Assembly: GCA_963675785.1 (NCBI GenBank)
Contig: OY776562.1
Location: 2,624,001 to 2,688,000 of the forward strand
DNA length: 64,000 nucleotides
Origin: Anaerolineae bacterium
GTDB taxonomy: Bacteria; Chloroflexota; Anaerolineae; UBA1429
Direction of reading: 5' to 3'
Made by a program: the position numbers and the translations under genes. The notes under the pieces were generated by a model. That model saw nothing but the letters and a program-made list of their open reading frames with translations, was not told where the DNA came from and ran no database searches. Positions 26,672 to 36,984 of the stretch are shown here, piece after piece (position 1 is the first letter of the stretch; each line of letters starts with the position of its first letter).

Positions 26672-27967
26672 GTGGCTGATCACGTCTATATCCGCGATAT
26701 CGCAGCCTATGATGGCCAGGAAATCACCATCAAAGGTTGGCTTTACAACAAACGCGACAAGGGGCGACTTCAGTTCCTGATTTTGCGCGACGGCACCGGC
26801 TCGATACAAGGTGTGGCTTTTCAAAAGGAGATGAGCGAGGAGGCTTTTGAGGCTGCCTGCGCTGCAACGCAAGAATCCTCTTTGATCGCCACGGGCATGG
26901 TTCGTGCGGACGATCGCGCCCCCGGCGGCTATGAACTCTCGCTCACCAACGTCGAGATCGTTCAGCTCGCCGAGGATTACCCCATCACGCCCAAAGAGCA
27001 TGGCGTGGATTTTTTGATGGATAACCGTCACCTCTGGCTGCGCTCGTCGCAACAGTGGGCTGTTTTACGCATCCGCGCCACGGTGGTCAAGGCCATTCGC
27101 GACTATTTGGACGATCATGGCTTTACGCTGGTTGATGCTCCTGTGCTGACACCCAGCGCCTGCGAAGGCACCACCACCTTGTTCGAAACCGAGTATTTTG
27201 GCGAAAAAGCTTACCTGACCCAGTCGGGCCAGCTTTACAACGAGGCAACCATTGGCGCATTCGGCAAGACCTATTGCTTTGGCCCGGCCTTTCGCGCCGA
27301 AAAGAGCAAGACGCGCCGCCACCTCATCGAGTTTTGGATGGTCGAGCCAGAGATGGCTTATGCCGACCTCGACGAGTGCATGCGCGTAGAAGAAGCGTTT
27401 GTTTCCTACATCGTGCAGCAGGTTTTGGCCAAGAACGGCCCAGAGCTCGACATCCTGGAGCGCGACAAGTCTGTGCTCGAAGGCATCGTCGCTCCCTTCC
27501 CGCGCATTACCTACACCGAGGCGCTCAAGATCGTGGAAGAAGCCGGTCTGGAACTCCCCTGGGGCGAAGATTTTGGTGCTCCGCACGAGACGGCCATCTC
27601 GGACCACTTTGGCCGGCCGGTGTTCGTGCACCGTTACCCCACACGCTGCAAGGCCTTTTATATGAAGCCAGACCCCGAGGATCCCGAACTTTCTCTCTCG
27701 GTGGACCTATTAGCCCCTGAAGGCTATGGCGAGATCATCGGTGGCGGGCAACGCATTGCCGACTTGGACTTGCTAGAGAAACGTATCGAGGAACATAACC
27801 TGCCCAAAGAAGCCTTTGCATGGTATTTGGATCTACGACGTTACGGTTCAGTGCCTCATTCGGGGTTTGGTTTGGGTGTAGAACGCACGGTTTCTTGGAT
27901 TTGCGGCATTCATCACATCCGCGAGACCATTCCCTTCCCCCGTACATTGGGACGTATCTATCCCTAA
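26672..27967 (+). CDS. asnS: Asparagine--tRNA ligase
   Basis: [45 protein letters not shown]. Confidence 0.97.
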   Translation: MADHVYIRDIAAYDGQEITIKGWLYNKRDKGRLQFLILRDGTGSIQGVAFQKEMSEEAFEAACAATQESSLIATGMVRADDRAPGGYELSLTNVEIVQLAEDYPITPKEHGVDFLMDNRHLWLRSSQQWAVLRIRATVVKAIRDYLDDHGFTLVDAPVLTPSACEGTTTLFETEYFGEKAYLTQSGQLYNEATIGAFGKTYCFGPAFRAEKSKTRRHLIEFWMVEPEMAYADLDECMRVEEAFVSYIVQQVLAKNGPELDILERDKSVLEGIVAPFPRITYTEALKIVEEAGLELPWGEDFGAPHETAISDHFGRPVFVHRYPTRCKAFYMKPDPEDPELSLSVDLLAPEGYGEIIGGGQRIADLDLLEKRIEEHNLPKEAFAWYLDLRRYGSVPHSGFGLGVERTVSWICGIHHIRETIPFPRTLGRIYP

Positions 27968-28033
27968 GTGTGGAACGGGCAATGCCCGAGCTTTGACGGA
28001 TATGGCAGGGGTGGCTATAATGGACGAGTATTT

Positions 28034-28106
28034 GAGCCGTTAGCTCAGTCGGCAGAGCCCCTGCCTTTTAAGCAGGTTGTCGTGGGTTCAAGTCCCACAC
28101 GGCTCA
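28034..28106 (+). tRNA. tRNA-Lys (TTT)
   Basis: GAGCCGTTAGCTCAGTCGGCAGAGCCCCTGCCT-TTT-AAGCAGGTTGTCGTGGGTTCAAGTCCCACACGGCTCA; no encoded CCA. Confidence 0.93.
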
Positions 28107-28109
28107 CTA

Positions 28110-28140
28110 GGGGTCGATCAAAAATGATCGACCCCTCTTT
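28110..28140. terminator. Hairpin after tRNA-Lys
   Basis: GGGGTCGATCA-AAAA-TGATCGACCCC-TCTTT. Confidence 0.7.
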
Positions 28141-29353
28141 AGTAGCAGAAACTATCGACCAAGTTCCCCTCGGCATCATAAAGATAGCCACAATCGTGCG
28201 TGTTACGCCACACAGGCACCGTACTGCCAAAAGTACAGCCCGCGCAGGAATTCTCGTGCACCTCGTTGGTGTAAATGCGGCAGCGTCCATAACGCGGTAA
28301 TATCGCGTCCTCTGGAAAAATCACATCCTGTCCCTCTTGGCCAGCATTCAACTGCCATCCAGCAAGGCTCACTGGCCCACCGTAATTGATCAATTCGCAG
28401 TATTCATCACTCTCTGTCTGGGGCACCTCCCCATCGGCGTGGATACTGGAAATGCGCACATCAGGGGCATCCAAATCGGCCCAAGCTACTAGGGGGATCG
28501 TTACCTGACAGACCGGCTCTGCCTCGGCATAGACGCGATAGCCGTAAGCGCCGATATCAATACGGATGTTCCCCTGTAAATCCGTGCGATACGTTGTGAT
28601 ATCATTATCTACCAGGCGATCCAGAATCACTGGCGAAGGCTCCTCGCCGCAAGAGATGATCGCTGCCTCGGGTGAAACTGCGTCCAGCAGACCAGTCGAA
28701 GTCGAAGTGATAGTCCCATGGTTGCCTAATTTAATCACCTCGGCTGTGAGAGATTGCCCTGAAGCAAGCAATGAATTTTCGGCATCCCAACCTGCATCTC
28801 CCATTAGGAGCACATCTACATTCCCCCGAGAAAGCATGACCACCAACGAGTTTTCACCCGCGTCTCCATAGTCCTGTTCGGGGTGCAGCACAGTGAGGAT
28901 ATTCAACCCCCAGGTAAGCGTGTCGTCTTGACCAACACCAACCAAGGGAACCGTTTCACTGGCTGCTGCTGCCAACACGTTGTTCATCAAGCCGGAAGTG
29001 CTGGCGAATCCATTAAAGACAATCGCGCCAACCGGCAAGGTGTGCAGCAATTCCGGCAATCCGCCGCCATGCTCCTCACGGTCGCAGGTCCAGAGCACAC
29101 TATCTAGGTAATTCACGCCCTCCAATGCCGAAAGCACCAGCGCCAGGTGTTCAGCATCACCGGTATCGATCAGGCCGTTGAACCCAGATTCATCGCGCAC
29201 CCAAATCGCATCTCCCTGAGATACATCTAAAAAAGTGATGTGTGTATCTGCGAAAATTCGCCAGGGTAAAAATAAATCAAAGACAAATACGCATCCTACT
29301 AGGAAAAGTAAAATGCGCTCTTTTATGCTTTGATCTGAAAATTTATCTTTCAT
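28139..29353 (-). CDS. Exported ComEC/Rec2-type MBL-fold protein with C-terminal lamin-tail domain; metal motif degenerate
   Basis: FLDVSQGDA, LIDTG, NSLVV...LLMGDA, YRTDLQG; LTD motifs EYCELIN, LAGWQL, VWRN.HD...LYD..G..VD; start placed at ATG 29353. Confidence 0.78.
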   Translation of the reverse strand: MKDKFSDQSIKERILLFLVGCVFVFDLFLPWRIFADTHITFLDVSQGDAIWVRDESGFNGLIDTGDAEHLALVLSALEGVNYLDSVLWTCDREEHGGGLPELLHTLPVGAIVFNGFASTSGLMNNVLAAAASETVPLVGVGQDDTLTWGLNILTVLHPEQDYGDAGENSLVVMLSRGNVDVLLMGDAGWDAENSLLASGQSLTAEVIKLGNHGTITSTSTGLLDAVSPEAAIISCGEEPSPVILDRLVDNDITTYRTDLQGNIRIDIGAYGYRVYAEAEPVCQVTIPLVAWADLDAPDVRISSIHADGEVPQTESDEYCELINYGGPVSLAGWQLNAGQEGQDVIFPEDAILPRYGRCRIYTNEVHENSCAGCTFGSTVPVWRNTHDCGYLYDAEGNLVDSFCY

Positions 29354-29402
29354 GAGAGCACAATAATTGATGAAAAAAGGTACGTCAAGCAACTTGCGAT
29401 AT

Positions 29403-29431
29403 TGACAGTTTTGCGCAGGCCGTGCTATCGT
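29403..29431 (+). promoter_or_regulatory. Sigma70-type promoter
   Basis: TTGACA followed about 17 bp later by TG-C-TATCGT. Confidence 0.5.
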
Positions 29432-29509
29432 CATAGCCATAAAGGAATGGGCGGAGAGTTCGATGGTGAAATCTCCGGATGCTGCAGAGATGATAGAGGG
29501 TACGTTGGC

Positions 29510-29854
29510 ATGCGCAGAATTGACTGGGAATGCCCCGAGTGCGGACTCGTTATTAGCGGAATCACACCTCCCCAAGAATGCCCTGCTTGTGGCGAACTTG
29601 GAGAACTCTTTGAGCCAGTCGAATATGACATGGATGATGACGAATGGCTTGAAGAGGAATTGGAGGAAGAAGTCGATGATGAGAGCGACATCGATGAGGT
29701 GGATGCTGTTGTAGAAGAAGATGAAGATGAGGTCGACCTCGACGAAGAAGACCAGGCCATATTGAGGGCTGTCCATGAGGTCTTTGGCCTTGATGAGGAG
29801 GATGACGAGGACGAAGATATCGACCTTGATCTTGACCTCGAAGAATTCGAATAG
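29510..29854 (+). CDS. Small rubredoxin-like knuckle protein with highly acidic tail
   Basis: WECPECG...PPQECPACG...FEP then a D/E-rich tail; GAGGG RBS. Confidence 0.75.
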   Translation: MRRIDWECPECGLVISGITPPQECPACGELGELFEPVEYDMDDDEWLEEELEEEVDDESDIDEVDAVVEEDEDEVDLDEEDQAILRAVHEVFGLDEEDDEDEDIDLDLDLEEFE

Positions 29855-29934
29855 ACATGCCCCGCATAAGTGGCGCCGGCATACATGCCGGCGCTCTTTT
29901 TATTGGGTATGGCAGACGCAACGGAGATTAATTA

Positions 29935-32232
29935 ATGGATTTCACCCGGGGATTGAACGCTGTTCAAGCCAAGGCCGTACTCGCCAGCGACGGCCCTGTT
30001 CTCGTATTGGCAGGCCCCGGCTCTGGCAAGACCCGTGTACTAACTCATCGTGTCGCGCATCTCATTGAGAATGAGGGGGTTTATCCCTACCGCATTCTCG
30101 CTGTGACTTTTACTAACAAAGCGGCACGAGAAATGGTCTCTCGTCTGGAGACACTCATTGGACCGGCCACGAAAGACCTAACCATTGGTACATTCCATGC
30201 TATCTGTGCTGGCATTCTGCGACGTGAGGCAGAACACCTGGGCATCTCGCGCAACTATGTCATCTATGACGCCGATGACCAGCGGCGGCTTGTCACTCGT
30301 ATTCTCAAACAGCTCAACGTCGATTCCAAGCAGTTCGCGCCCAATGCAATGCAAGCGGCGATCTCACGGGCCAAGAACGACCTGCAGACACCCGATACTT
30401 TTGCGCCAGTGACCTATCGCATGGAGATCGTCAGCCGTGTATTCAGACAATACGAGCAAGAAAAGGCGGCCAGCAAGGCCCTGGATTTTGATGACCTGCT
30501 GGTCAAAGCGGAAGAGCTCTTTCGCGAGCATGACGATGTGCGCGAGCGCTACCAGCACCGCTACCGCTATGTACTGGTAGACGAGTTCCAGGACACCAAC
30601 CGTGCCCAATACGAGATCGTTCACCATCTGGCTGGTCAGAAAGCTAATGTCTTTGTCGTTGGCGATGAAGACCAGAGCATCTACAGCTGGCGCGGAGCTG
30701 ATTACCGCAACGTGAACCTTTTTCGAGAATCCTATCCAAAGGCACAAACCTACGTCCTAGAACAGAATTATCGTTCCACTGGTACTATTCTTGCCGCAGC
30801 CCAAGCCGTTATTGGCAAAAACCGACACCGTATCCCCAAACAACTTTGGACAGAGAATCCCACAGGGGAACAGATTCATCTTTTCGAGGCCTATGACGAG
30901 AACGAAGAGGCCGAATATGTGGCGCAGCAAATGGCGTCATTGGCGCTACGTGGACAGGGTGAGTATGGCGAATGTGCCGTCATGTTCCGAACCAATGCTC
31001 AATCGCGTGCGCTGGAGCAGGCGCTGTCGAGCCACCGCATTCCCTACCGCCTGGTGGGCGCTGTACGCTTTTACCAGCGGCGAGAGATCAAGGACGTGCT
31101 TGGCTATCTCCGTCTCGTCTTTAATCCAGACGATGAAGAAGCCCTACGGCGCGTCATCAACGTACCCACACGGGGCATCGGTGCCCGTACCATCGAAGCA
31201 CTGGAATCCACAGCCGCTCGCAGGGGGATGTCGCTGGGTTCTTGTCTCTTACAAATCGCCCAGGTTGCTGAAACATCGCCAGAGAAGCTGAACCTCGATA
31301 GCAGGCCGCGCAAGCTACTGGCCAATTTCGGCAGCAGCCTTCAGGGTCTTGTCGCCGTTCACGACCAAATAGTCCCTTCTGAATTGCTGCGCCAGGTACT
31401 GGACAAGACAGGTTATCTCGATTACCTGAATGACGGCACTGACGAAGGAACCGAGCGCATCGAAAACGTCCGGGAGCTCTTTACGGCGATGGAACGCTAT
31501 GATGGTTTGCCGTTAGAATCCGCCCTGCCAGCCTTTTTACAGGAAGTGGCCCTCGTCGCTGATATTGACGAACTTGATGACCAGACCAGTGCCGCGACGC
31601 TGCTCACGCTGCATTCGGCCAAGGGCTTGGAATACGATACCGTGTTCATTGTCGGTATGGAAGAGGGCATTTGCCCACACATCCGCTCGCTAGAAGACCC
31701 CGATGCCATGGAAGAAGAGCGTCGGTTGTGCTATGTCGGCATCACCCGCGCCCGTAAACATCTCTACCTGGTGCGCACCTTTAGGCGTACGTTGTACGGC
31801 AGCTCCGAGGTCAAAGAACCCTCGCGCTTTTTGCTCGACATCCCTGCCGAACTTTTGGATAACCCACTGCGCTCCCGCAGTACGGTTCGCCAAACACCGA
31901 GCTTTAGCTACAACTCGGACGATCGCCGCTCCCTCTATGCCGAGCGGCAACGTCGCGTGCAACGCCAGCGGCAAACCTTGGATGAGGATGATACCGAAAG
32001 GCGCATAGGCCCCTCTCAAGGAGAGGTCTACCGTTCGCGCCCCAAACCAGAACGACCAACCGTAGAGGCGAAATTCCGCACTGGCGAGACAGTACTGCAC
32101 TCTATCTTTGGCGAGGGCACGGTCATTTCAAGTGAGGTGATAGGGAGCGATGAAAAGGTCTCGGTGGCCTTTGAGGGACGGGGCATTAAAAACTTGATGG
32201 CCAGCATGGCCAATCTGAAAAAGATAGATTAA
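29935..32232 (+). CDS. pcrA: ATP-dependent DNA helicase PcrA/UvrD
   Basis: AGPGSGKT, DEFQDTN, GDEDQSIY.WRGA, QNYRS, HSAKGLE, YVGITRA, C-terminal H..FGEGTV domain. Confidence 0.95.
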   Translation: MDFTRGLNAVQAKAVLASDGPVLVLAGPGSGKTRVLTHRVAHLIENEGVYPYRILAVTFTNKAAREMVSRLETLIGPATKDLTIGTFHAICAGILRREAEHLGISRNYVIYDADDQRRLVTRILKQLNVDSKQFAPNAMQAAISRAKNDLQTPDTFAPVTYRMEIVSRVFRQYEQEKAASKALDFDDLLVKAEELFREHDDVRERYQHRYRYVLVDEFQDTNRAQYEIVHHLAGQKANVFVVGDEDQSIYSWRGADYRNVNLFRESYPKAQTYVLEQNYRSTGTILAAAQAVIGKNRHRIPKQLWTENPTGEQIHLFEAYDENEEAEYVAQQMASLALRGQGEYGECAVMFRTNAQSRALEQALSSHRIPYRLVGAVRFYQRREIKDVLGYLRLVFNPDDEEALRRVINVPTRGIGARTIEALESTAARRGMSLGSCLLQIAQVAETSPEKLNLDSRPRKLLANFGSSLQGLVAVHDQIVPSELLRQVLDKTGYLDYLNDGTDEGTERIENVRELFTAMERYDGLPLESALPAFLQEVALVADIDELDDQTSAATLLTLHSAKGLEYDTVFIVGMEEGICPHIRSLEDPDAMEEERRLCYVGITRARKHLYLVRTFRRTLYGSSEVKEPSRFLLDIPAELLDNPLRSRSTVRQTPSFSYNSDDRRSLYAERQRRVQRQRQTLDEDDTERRIGPSQGEVYRSRPKPERPTVEAKFRTGETVLHSIFGEGTVISSEVIGSDEKVSVAFEGRGIKNLMASMANLKKID

Positions 32233-32233
32233 C

Positions 32234-32261
32234 AAAAAGGACGCGCTAAGCGCGTCCTTTT
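32234..32261. terminator. Bidirectional terminator
   Basis: AAAAAGGACGCGC-TAA-GCGCGTCCTTTT. Confidence 0.85.
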
Positions 32262-32272
32262 CCTTTCAACAC

Positions 32273-32689
32273 TCAGGCCAGCCGAGCCAGCTCTTGGGTC
32301 TGAGGTCGAAATTTATAGTTATAGACGATGATCCCATCCTCACCTTCTTCATACATCTTGCGAGTGACCATCTCCACCGGCATACCGATGCTCACTTCCT
32401 CAGGTGATACGTCGGTGAGCTGGGCCGTGATCATGGGACCCTCATCCAGCTGAATCAGCGCCACCACATAAGGTACGTACTCGCCAAAGCGCTCAGGAGC
32501 TGAGAACATGGTGGTGTACGAATAGATTGTCCCCATGCCGCTAAAAGCATAGGCCTCTTTGGCCTCACCGTGGCATTCCGGGCAAATATCCCGAGGCGGG
32601 AAAAGCTTGTTCCCGCAATGCGGACACTCTTCACCAACCAGGCTCATTCGTTGCTTGGTTGTCCTACGATAGGCAGCAAGTTCCATCAT
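32273..32689 (-). CDS. DUF35 Zn-ribbon/OB-fold protein (thiolase-HMGCS scaffold)
   Basis: CPHCG..FPPR.ICPEC, GTIYSYT, PYVVA, Y.YKFRP. Confidence 0.9.
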   Translation of the reverse strand: MMELAAYRRTTKQRMSLVGEECPHCGNKLFPPRDICPECHGEAKEAYAFSGMGTIYSYTTMFSAPERFGEYVPYVVALIQLDEGPMITAQLTDVSPEEVSIGMPVEMVTRKMYEEGEDGIIVYNYKFRPQTQELARLA

Positions 32690-32703
32690 TCCTCCTTTGG
32701 AGG

Positions 32704-33870
32704 CTAATTCTGTCTCTGAAGAACGTGGGACACGACCGTTGCACCGCTCCCACCAATACTGGATGTAAGCCCGAACTCACAATCTGCGAGTTGATTCTTA
32801 CCTGCGTCACCGCGGAGTTGCTGAACTGCTTCGACAATCTGATATATCCCCGATGCGCCCACAGGGTGCCCCCTGGCTTTGAGCCCCCCCATGGTACAAA
32901 TGGGCAGTTCGCCATCAAGACCAATCTTGTTCTCGACCGCCCAGGCCACGCCGCGCCCTCGCTCAGCAAAGCCAGCCGCTTCTAGCGAGAGGGCAGACAT
33001 GATGGTAAAGGCATCGTGCAGCTCGTAAAAATCAATGTCCTTGAGCTGTATATTGGCTCGACCGAGCGCCCGAGCGACGGATAGATTGAGCGCCGACAGG
33101 AACAAGGGGTCTTTGCGCTCGTGCAATGCTACGGAATCGGTGCCAATGCCTGAACCGGCGATACGCACATGCTTCATGTCCTGAGCTCGTGCAAAGGACG
33201 TAGGCGCTAACACCACCGCTGCCGCACCATCGGCAATCGCCGAAGAATCAAAGAGACTGACAGGATCCGCGATCATCTTGGCCCGCCGATAGGTCTCTAT
33301 CGAGATAGCCTTGCGGAACATGGCGTTGGGGTTGTTCACGGCATTCGCGTGGGCGTTAATCGAGAAATTGGCAAAATCGTCGTGCGTCCAACCGTATTCA
33401 TACATATAACGCCGCATGAGTAGCGCGTTCAGGGCCACGAACGAAAGCCCATGCTCGGCCTCATAAATAGAGTCCGCTGCCGCAGCCAATGCTGTCGTGG
33501 TCTCATCCGAGAGCGTATCGGTCATCTTTTCTACACCCGAAGCCACGACGATCTCGTACTCGCCACTAGACACCGCCATGTATCCAGCGCGAACTGCCGC
33601 TGCACCCGAAGCACAAGCAGCCTCAATCTTGAAGGCCTCGATGCCTCGGAATCCAGCATAATCGGCAATGAGCGCGCCCAGATTGGCCTGGCGCGAAAGC
33701 TGACCCGAAAGCATATTCCCCACATACAAAGCCTGGGGACGATCTACATGAGCATCTACCAAGGCGGTGAGAACAGCCTCACTACCGAGAATCCGCAGCG
33801 GCTTGTCCCAATGTTCACCAGCCGACACCTGGCCAATTCCAATAATGGAAACATCTCGCACGAAGGTCAC
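32704..33870 (-). CDS. Archaeal/SCP2-type acetyl-CoA acetyltransferase (thiolase)
   Basis: EAACASG, GVEKM, ELHDAF, GHPVGASG. Confidence 0.9.
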   Translation of the reverse strand: MTFVRDVSIIGIGQVSAGEHWDKPLRILGSEAVLTALVDAHVDRPQALYVGNMLSGQLSRQANLGALIADYAGFRGIEAFKIEAACASGAAAVRAGYMAVSSGEYEIVVASGVEKMTDTLSDETTTALAAAADSIYEAEHGLSFVALNALLMRRYMYEYGWTHDDFANFSINAHANAVNNPNAMFRKAISIETYRRAKMIADPVSLFDSSAIADGAAAVVLAPTSFARAQDMKHVRIAGSGIGTDSVALHERKDPLFLSALNLSVARALGRANIQLKDIDFYELHDAFTIMSALSLEAAGFAERGRGVAWAVENKIGLDGELPICTMGGLKARGHPVGASGIYQIVEAVQQLRGDAGKNQLADCEFGLTSSIGGSGATVVSHVLQRQN

Positions 33871-33873
33871 TCC

Positions 33874-34929
33874 TTAGTGCATCTTGAGTTTGCGACGAAA
33901 GCGCGAATACATCGCGTAATCAATCTCACAACGCGCTGCGACATACTCGCGGGTGGTGCGGGCCAGGTTCTGTACCTCTTGAATGCGGTCCGTCACACGC
34001 CAACAAAAAGCATCGCTGCCCGCCCCAGAGCCAAAAGAGACATGCAGAATGCGATCGCCGGGCTGGGCGATATCGAACAGTGCACTTAGGCCGGCCATGG
34101 TTGCCCCAGCATAGGTATTGCCAATCTCGGGCACTAACAAACCAGCCTGGTACTGTTCGCGCGTAAAGCCCAACGTGGCCGCCGCAGACTGCGGGAAACG
34201 GGCATTAGGCTGATGGAACACAACCAGATCAAAGTCTTGGGCGGTGTATCCCAACTCATCCATCAACGTTTGAGCACTCGCCAAGACATGCTTGAAATAG
34301 CCAGGCTCACCAGTAAAGCGACCGCCGTGCCGAGGATACTCTTGCATCGGGCGCCGCCAAAAATCGGGCGTATCGGTGACATAGGAATATGAGCCTTCAA
34401 AAACTGCAATGCTCTCTTCGCCAGGACCCACAATGAGCGCCCCTCCACCGGCTCCTGCTGTATACTCAAGGGCATCACCTGGGCGACCCTGTGCTGTATC
34501 CATACCGATGGCCATAGCATAATCCGCCATAGTAGAGCCCACCAGCCCAATGCAGGCCTGAAGCGCTTCGGTGCCCGCCTTGCAAGCAAACTGCCAGTCG
34601 GCACTCAAAGTAGCCGGCGTCGCGCCAATCGCCTCGGCCACAATGGTAGAAGAAGGTTTGACAGCATAAGGGTGAGACTCGCTACCGATCCAGACGGCAC
34701 GCAATTGCTGGGGATCAATCCGCGCCCTCAGCAGCGCGTTTCGTGCAGCTTCAATCGACATGGTCACAGTGTCTTCGTCAGGGCCCGGAACTGCCTTTTC
34801 AGCAATCGGGGCGCCGTCGGATTCGCCGTGCCAAATACGGTCCACTTCGCTGGCAGGCAAGCGGAACCGCGGGACATAAGCCCCGTACCCTACAATGCCC
34901 ACCTCACGCTGCGGCTTCATCACTGACAA
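33874..34929 (-). CDS. Hydroxymethylglutaryl-CoA synthase, archaeal type
   Basis: [48 protein letters not shown]. Confidence 0.93.
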   Translation of the reverse strand: MSVMKPQREVGIVGYGAYVPRFRLPASEVDRIWHGESDGAPIAEKAVPGPDEDTVTMSIEAARNALLRARIDPQQLRAVWIGSESHPYAVKPSSTIVAEAIGATPATLSADWQFACKAGTEALQACIGLVGSTMADYAMAIGMDTAQGRPGDALEYTAGAGGGALIVGPGEESIAVFEGSYSYVTDTPDFWRRPMQEYPRHGGRFTGEPGYFKHVLASAQTLMDELGYTAQDFDLVVFHQPNARFPQSAAATLGFTREQYQAGLLVPEIGNTYAGATMAGLSALFDIAQPGDRILHVSFGSGAGSDAFCWRVTDRIQEVQNLARTTREYVAARCEIDYAMYSRFRRKLKMH

Positions 34930-34950
34930 AACGTTATCCTCCAGCCAGTT

Positions 34951-36249
34951 CTAATCGGTCGAACCGGCACGCATCGCGACCAGAATTTCGGACGCGCGTT
35001 CAGGTCGAATGTTCCGTTCTGAAACGAGCTGCTGCGCCACCTGTTCCACTTGATCACTGGTTGCGCCTGCCGCCAGAGCCACCTGGCGCGCATGCAGCTT
35101 CATATGTCCTTGCTGAATGCCTTCCATGGCCAAGGCGCGGAGTGCTGCCAGGTTTTGCGCCAAGCCTACAGATGCGGCGATCTCAGCCAACTCTGTAGCC
35201 GATTGAACGCCCAATATCTTTAGTGCCAACCGAGCCATGGGATGAACGCGTGTTGCCCCACCCACAGTTCCCAATGCCATGGGCAATTCGATTGAGCCAA
35301 CCAGGTCACCGTCAGCGTTTTGTTCCCAGTGAGAAAGGGGACAATACTGTCCACCACGTGCAGCATAGGCGTGCGCCCCGGCTTCTATGGCTCGCCAATC
35401 ATTCCCAGTGGCCACCACCAGCGCATCGATACCGTTCATGATGCCCTTGTTATGCGTTGCCGCGCGGTAGGGATCGCTGGCAGCAAAAGCATAGGCTTCA
35501 ACAATGCGTTGAACGCCCTCTTGGCCCGTCAAGCCATACATGGCAAGCTGTTCGGCGGGCACCACACACCGTGCACGCGCCAGGCGCCGGTCGGCAAGAT
35601 TGCTCAAAATTCTTAGTCCGACACGCCCGCTGGTGATCTTTTCGATCTCGGGAGAGAGCGCTTCGAGGGTCGTATTAATAGTATTCGCGCCCATAGCATC
35701 GCGGGTATCGATGATCAGGTGAACCACCAACATGGGGCCAACCGGGCCGGATTCTATCAAGCGAACCTGTATATCACGCGGGCCGCCGCCCAGGCGAACC
35801 ATCACCGGGTCGATTTCGGCAGCACGCGCCAATAAAGCTTCACGTTGCTCCAAAATCGCCAGTCGCGCCGCATGGGGGTCAACTATATCCAAAACCTGCA
35901 TTTGGCCGATCATTTCGGGCGCCGTGGTGCTGGCCCAAAAGCCCCCACCTGCCCGAACAAGTCGAGCAGCATAGCTCATACCCGCCACCACAGAGGGTTC
36001 CTCAATAACCATAGGCACGGCAACATCTTTGCCGTTTACCAAAAGGTTCGTGCCGATTCCCATCGGCAAGCCGTATATGCCAACAACATTCTCAATCATG
36101 GCATCGGCTGTGCGAACATCCAGACCACTGCCCTCACCAAGCAATGCCTTTTCCGAATCGCCCAGCTCAAAAAGCTCATCGAGCCGTTTGAGTCGATCAG
36201 GCAGTGCCAATTTGTAAAAACCCGAGAGGTCAGACTGATCCAAATCCAT
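34951..36249 (-). CDS. mvaA: HMG-CoA reductase, class II
   Basis: ENVVG, EEPSVVA, DAMGAN, THNKGIMNG, GIQQGHMKLH. Confidence 0.94.
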   Translation of the reverse strand: MDLDQSDLSGFYKLALPDRLKRLDELFELGDSEKALLGEGSGLDVRTADAMIENVVGIYGLPMGIGTNLLVNGKDVAVPMVIEEPSVVAGMSYAARLVRAGGGFWASTTAPEMIGQMQVLDIVDPHAARLAILEQREALLARAAEIDPVMVRLGGGPRDIQVRLIESGPVGPMLVVHLIIDTRDAMGANTINTTLEALSPEIEKITSGRVGLRILSNLADRRLARARCVVPAEQLAMYGLTGQEGVQRIVEAYAFAASDPYRAATHNKGIMNGIDALVVATGNDWRAIEAGAHAYAARGGQYCPLSHWEQNADGDLVGSIELPMALGTVGGATRVHPMARLALKILGVQSATELAEIAASVGLAQNLAALRALAMEGIQQGHMKLHARQVALAAGATSDQVEQVAQQLVSERNIRPERASEILVAMRAGSTD

Positions 36250-36468
36250 CTCCTTGACTGATAGGGCGCCTCAAAACATGGTGTATGCGGGCGATTATAA
36301 CACCGCCACACTGTCAAAAACTCTCACAGCCTATCGGCAAGCTCTCAGATGTATCGTGAACACTCTGAACATTCGAAAAAAAATGCCTCGTCACGAATTG
36401 TACACGGCGGGGTTGGAACATATAGAAGTATGAACCCGTCCAAGATGTGTTCGGACGAAGGAGACATA

Positions 36469-36912
36469 ATGATGCTCAGATCGATTGGTACGCTTGGAAT
36501 CGTTTCGCTCTGCGCCGTAGCGTTGGCTTTGTGTTGTAGCACCGGGGAACCCATCAGTGCCGAAAAACCCGAACCGACTGCGCCTGACGCCTTGATGCAA
36601 GAAATCTATATCCCCAAAGACGCTCAATTATCGGTGGATTGGGCCATAAATGACTTGGCCAGCAGATTGGACGTAGCCAGCGACAATATAAAAACCACGG
36701 AAGTAAGCCAGACAGAGTGGAGCAACAGCAGCCTCGGCTGTCCCTCTGCTGGCCAGATGTACGCTCAGGTCATTACGCCTGGCTATGTCATCAAACTAGA
36801 ATCGGGCGGGCAAACGTGGGAATATCACACTGCCCTTGGTAGTTCAATGGCGAAATTCTGTGGGGTCGCTAACAGTACAATTTCCTCCTCAATAACCAAA
36901 ACTGCCATCTAG
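36469..36912 (+). CDS. Hypothetical lipoprotein
   Basis: Hydrophobic signal ending LALC-C; W.NSSLGCP..GQMYAQVITPGY motif. Confidence 0.65.
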   Translation: MMLRSIGTLGIVSLCAVALALCCSTGEPISAEKPEPTAPDALMQEIYIPKDAQLSVDWAINDLASRLDVASDNIKTTEVSQTEWSNSSLGCPSAGQMYAQVITPGYVIKLESGGQTWEYHTALGSSMAKFCGVANSTISSSITKTAI

Positions 36913-36932
36913 CCCAGGTGCATTTCGACACA

Positions 36933-36966
36933 AAAAAGAGGGCCCGAGTGAAAACTCGGGCCCTCT
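36933..36966. terminator. Terminator between convergent genes (T-tract on the minus strand)
   Basis: AAAAAGAGGGCCCGAGT-GAAA-ACTCGGGCCCTCT. Confidence 0.8.
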
Positions 36967-36984
36967 CGTTCTAGAGATGGGACA

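Noticed and set aside
28034-29400. Possible island integrated at tRNA-Lys
   Set aside because: No integrase and no duplicated tRNA 3' end seen; only a short AT-rich stretch near 29230-29400
29440-29500. GGAGA/TCTCC hairpin with GATGG, considered as a fluoride riboswitch
   Set aside because: Does not fit the crcB consensus spacing or pseudoknot, and no fluoride-related gene follows
29431-29886. Ser-rich minus-strand ORF and the long N-terminal extension of ORF 28139..29776
   Set aside because: Antisense shadows of the GAN-codon-rich acidic gene on the + strand
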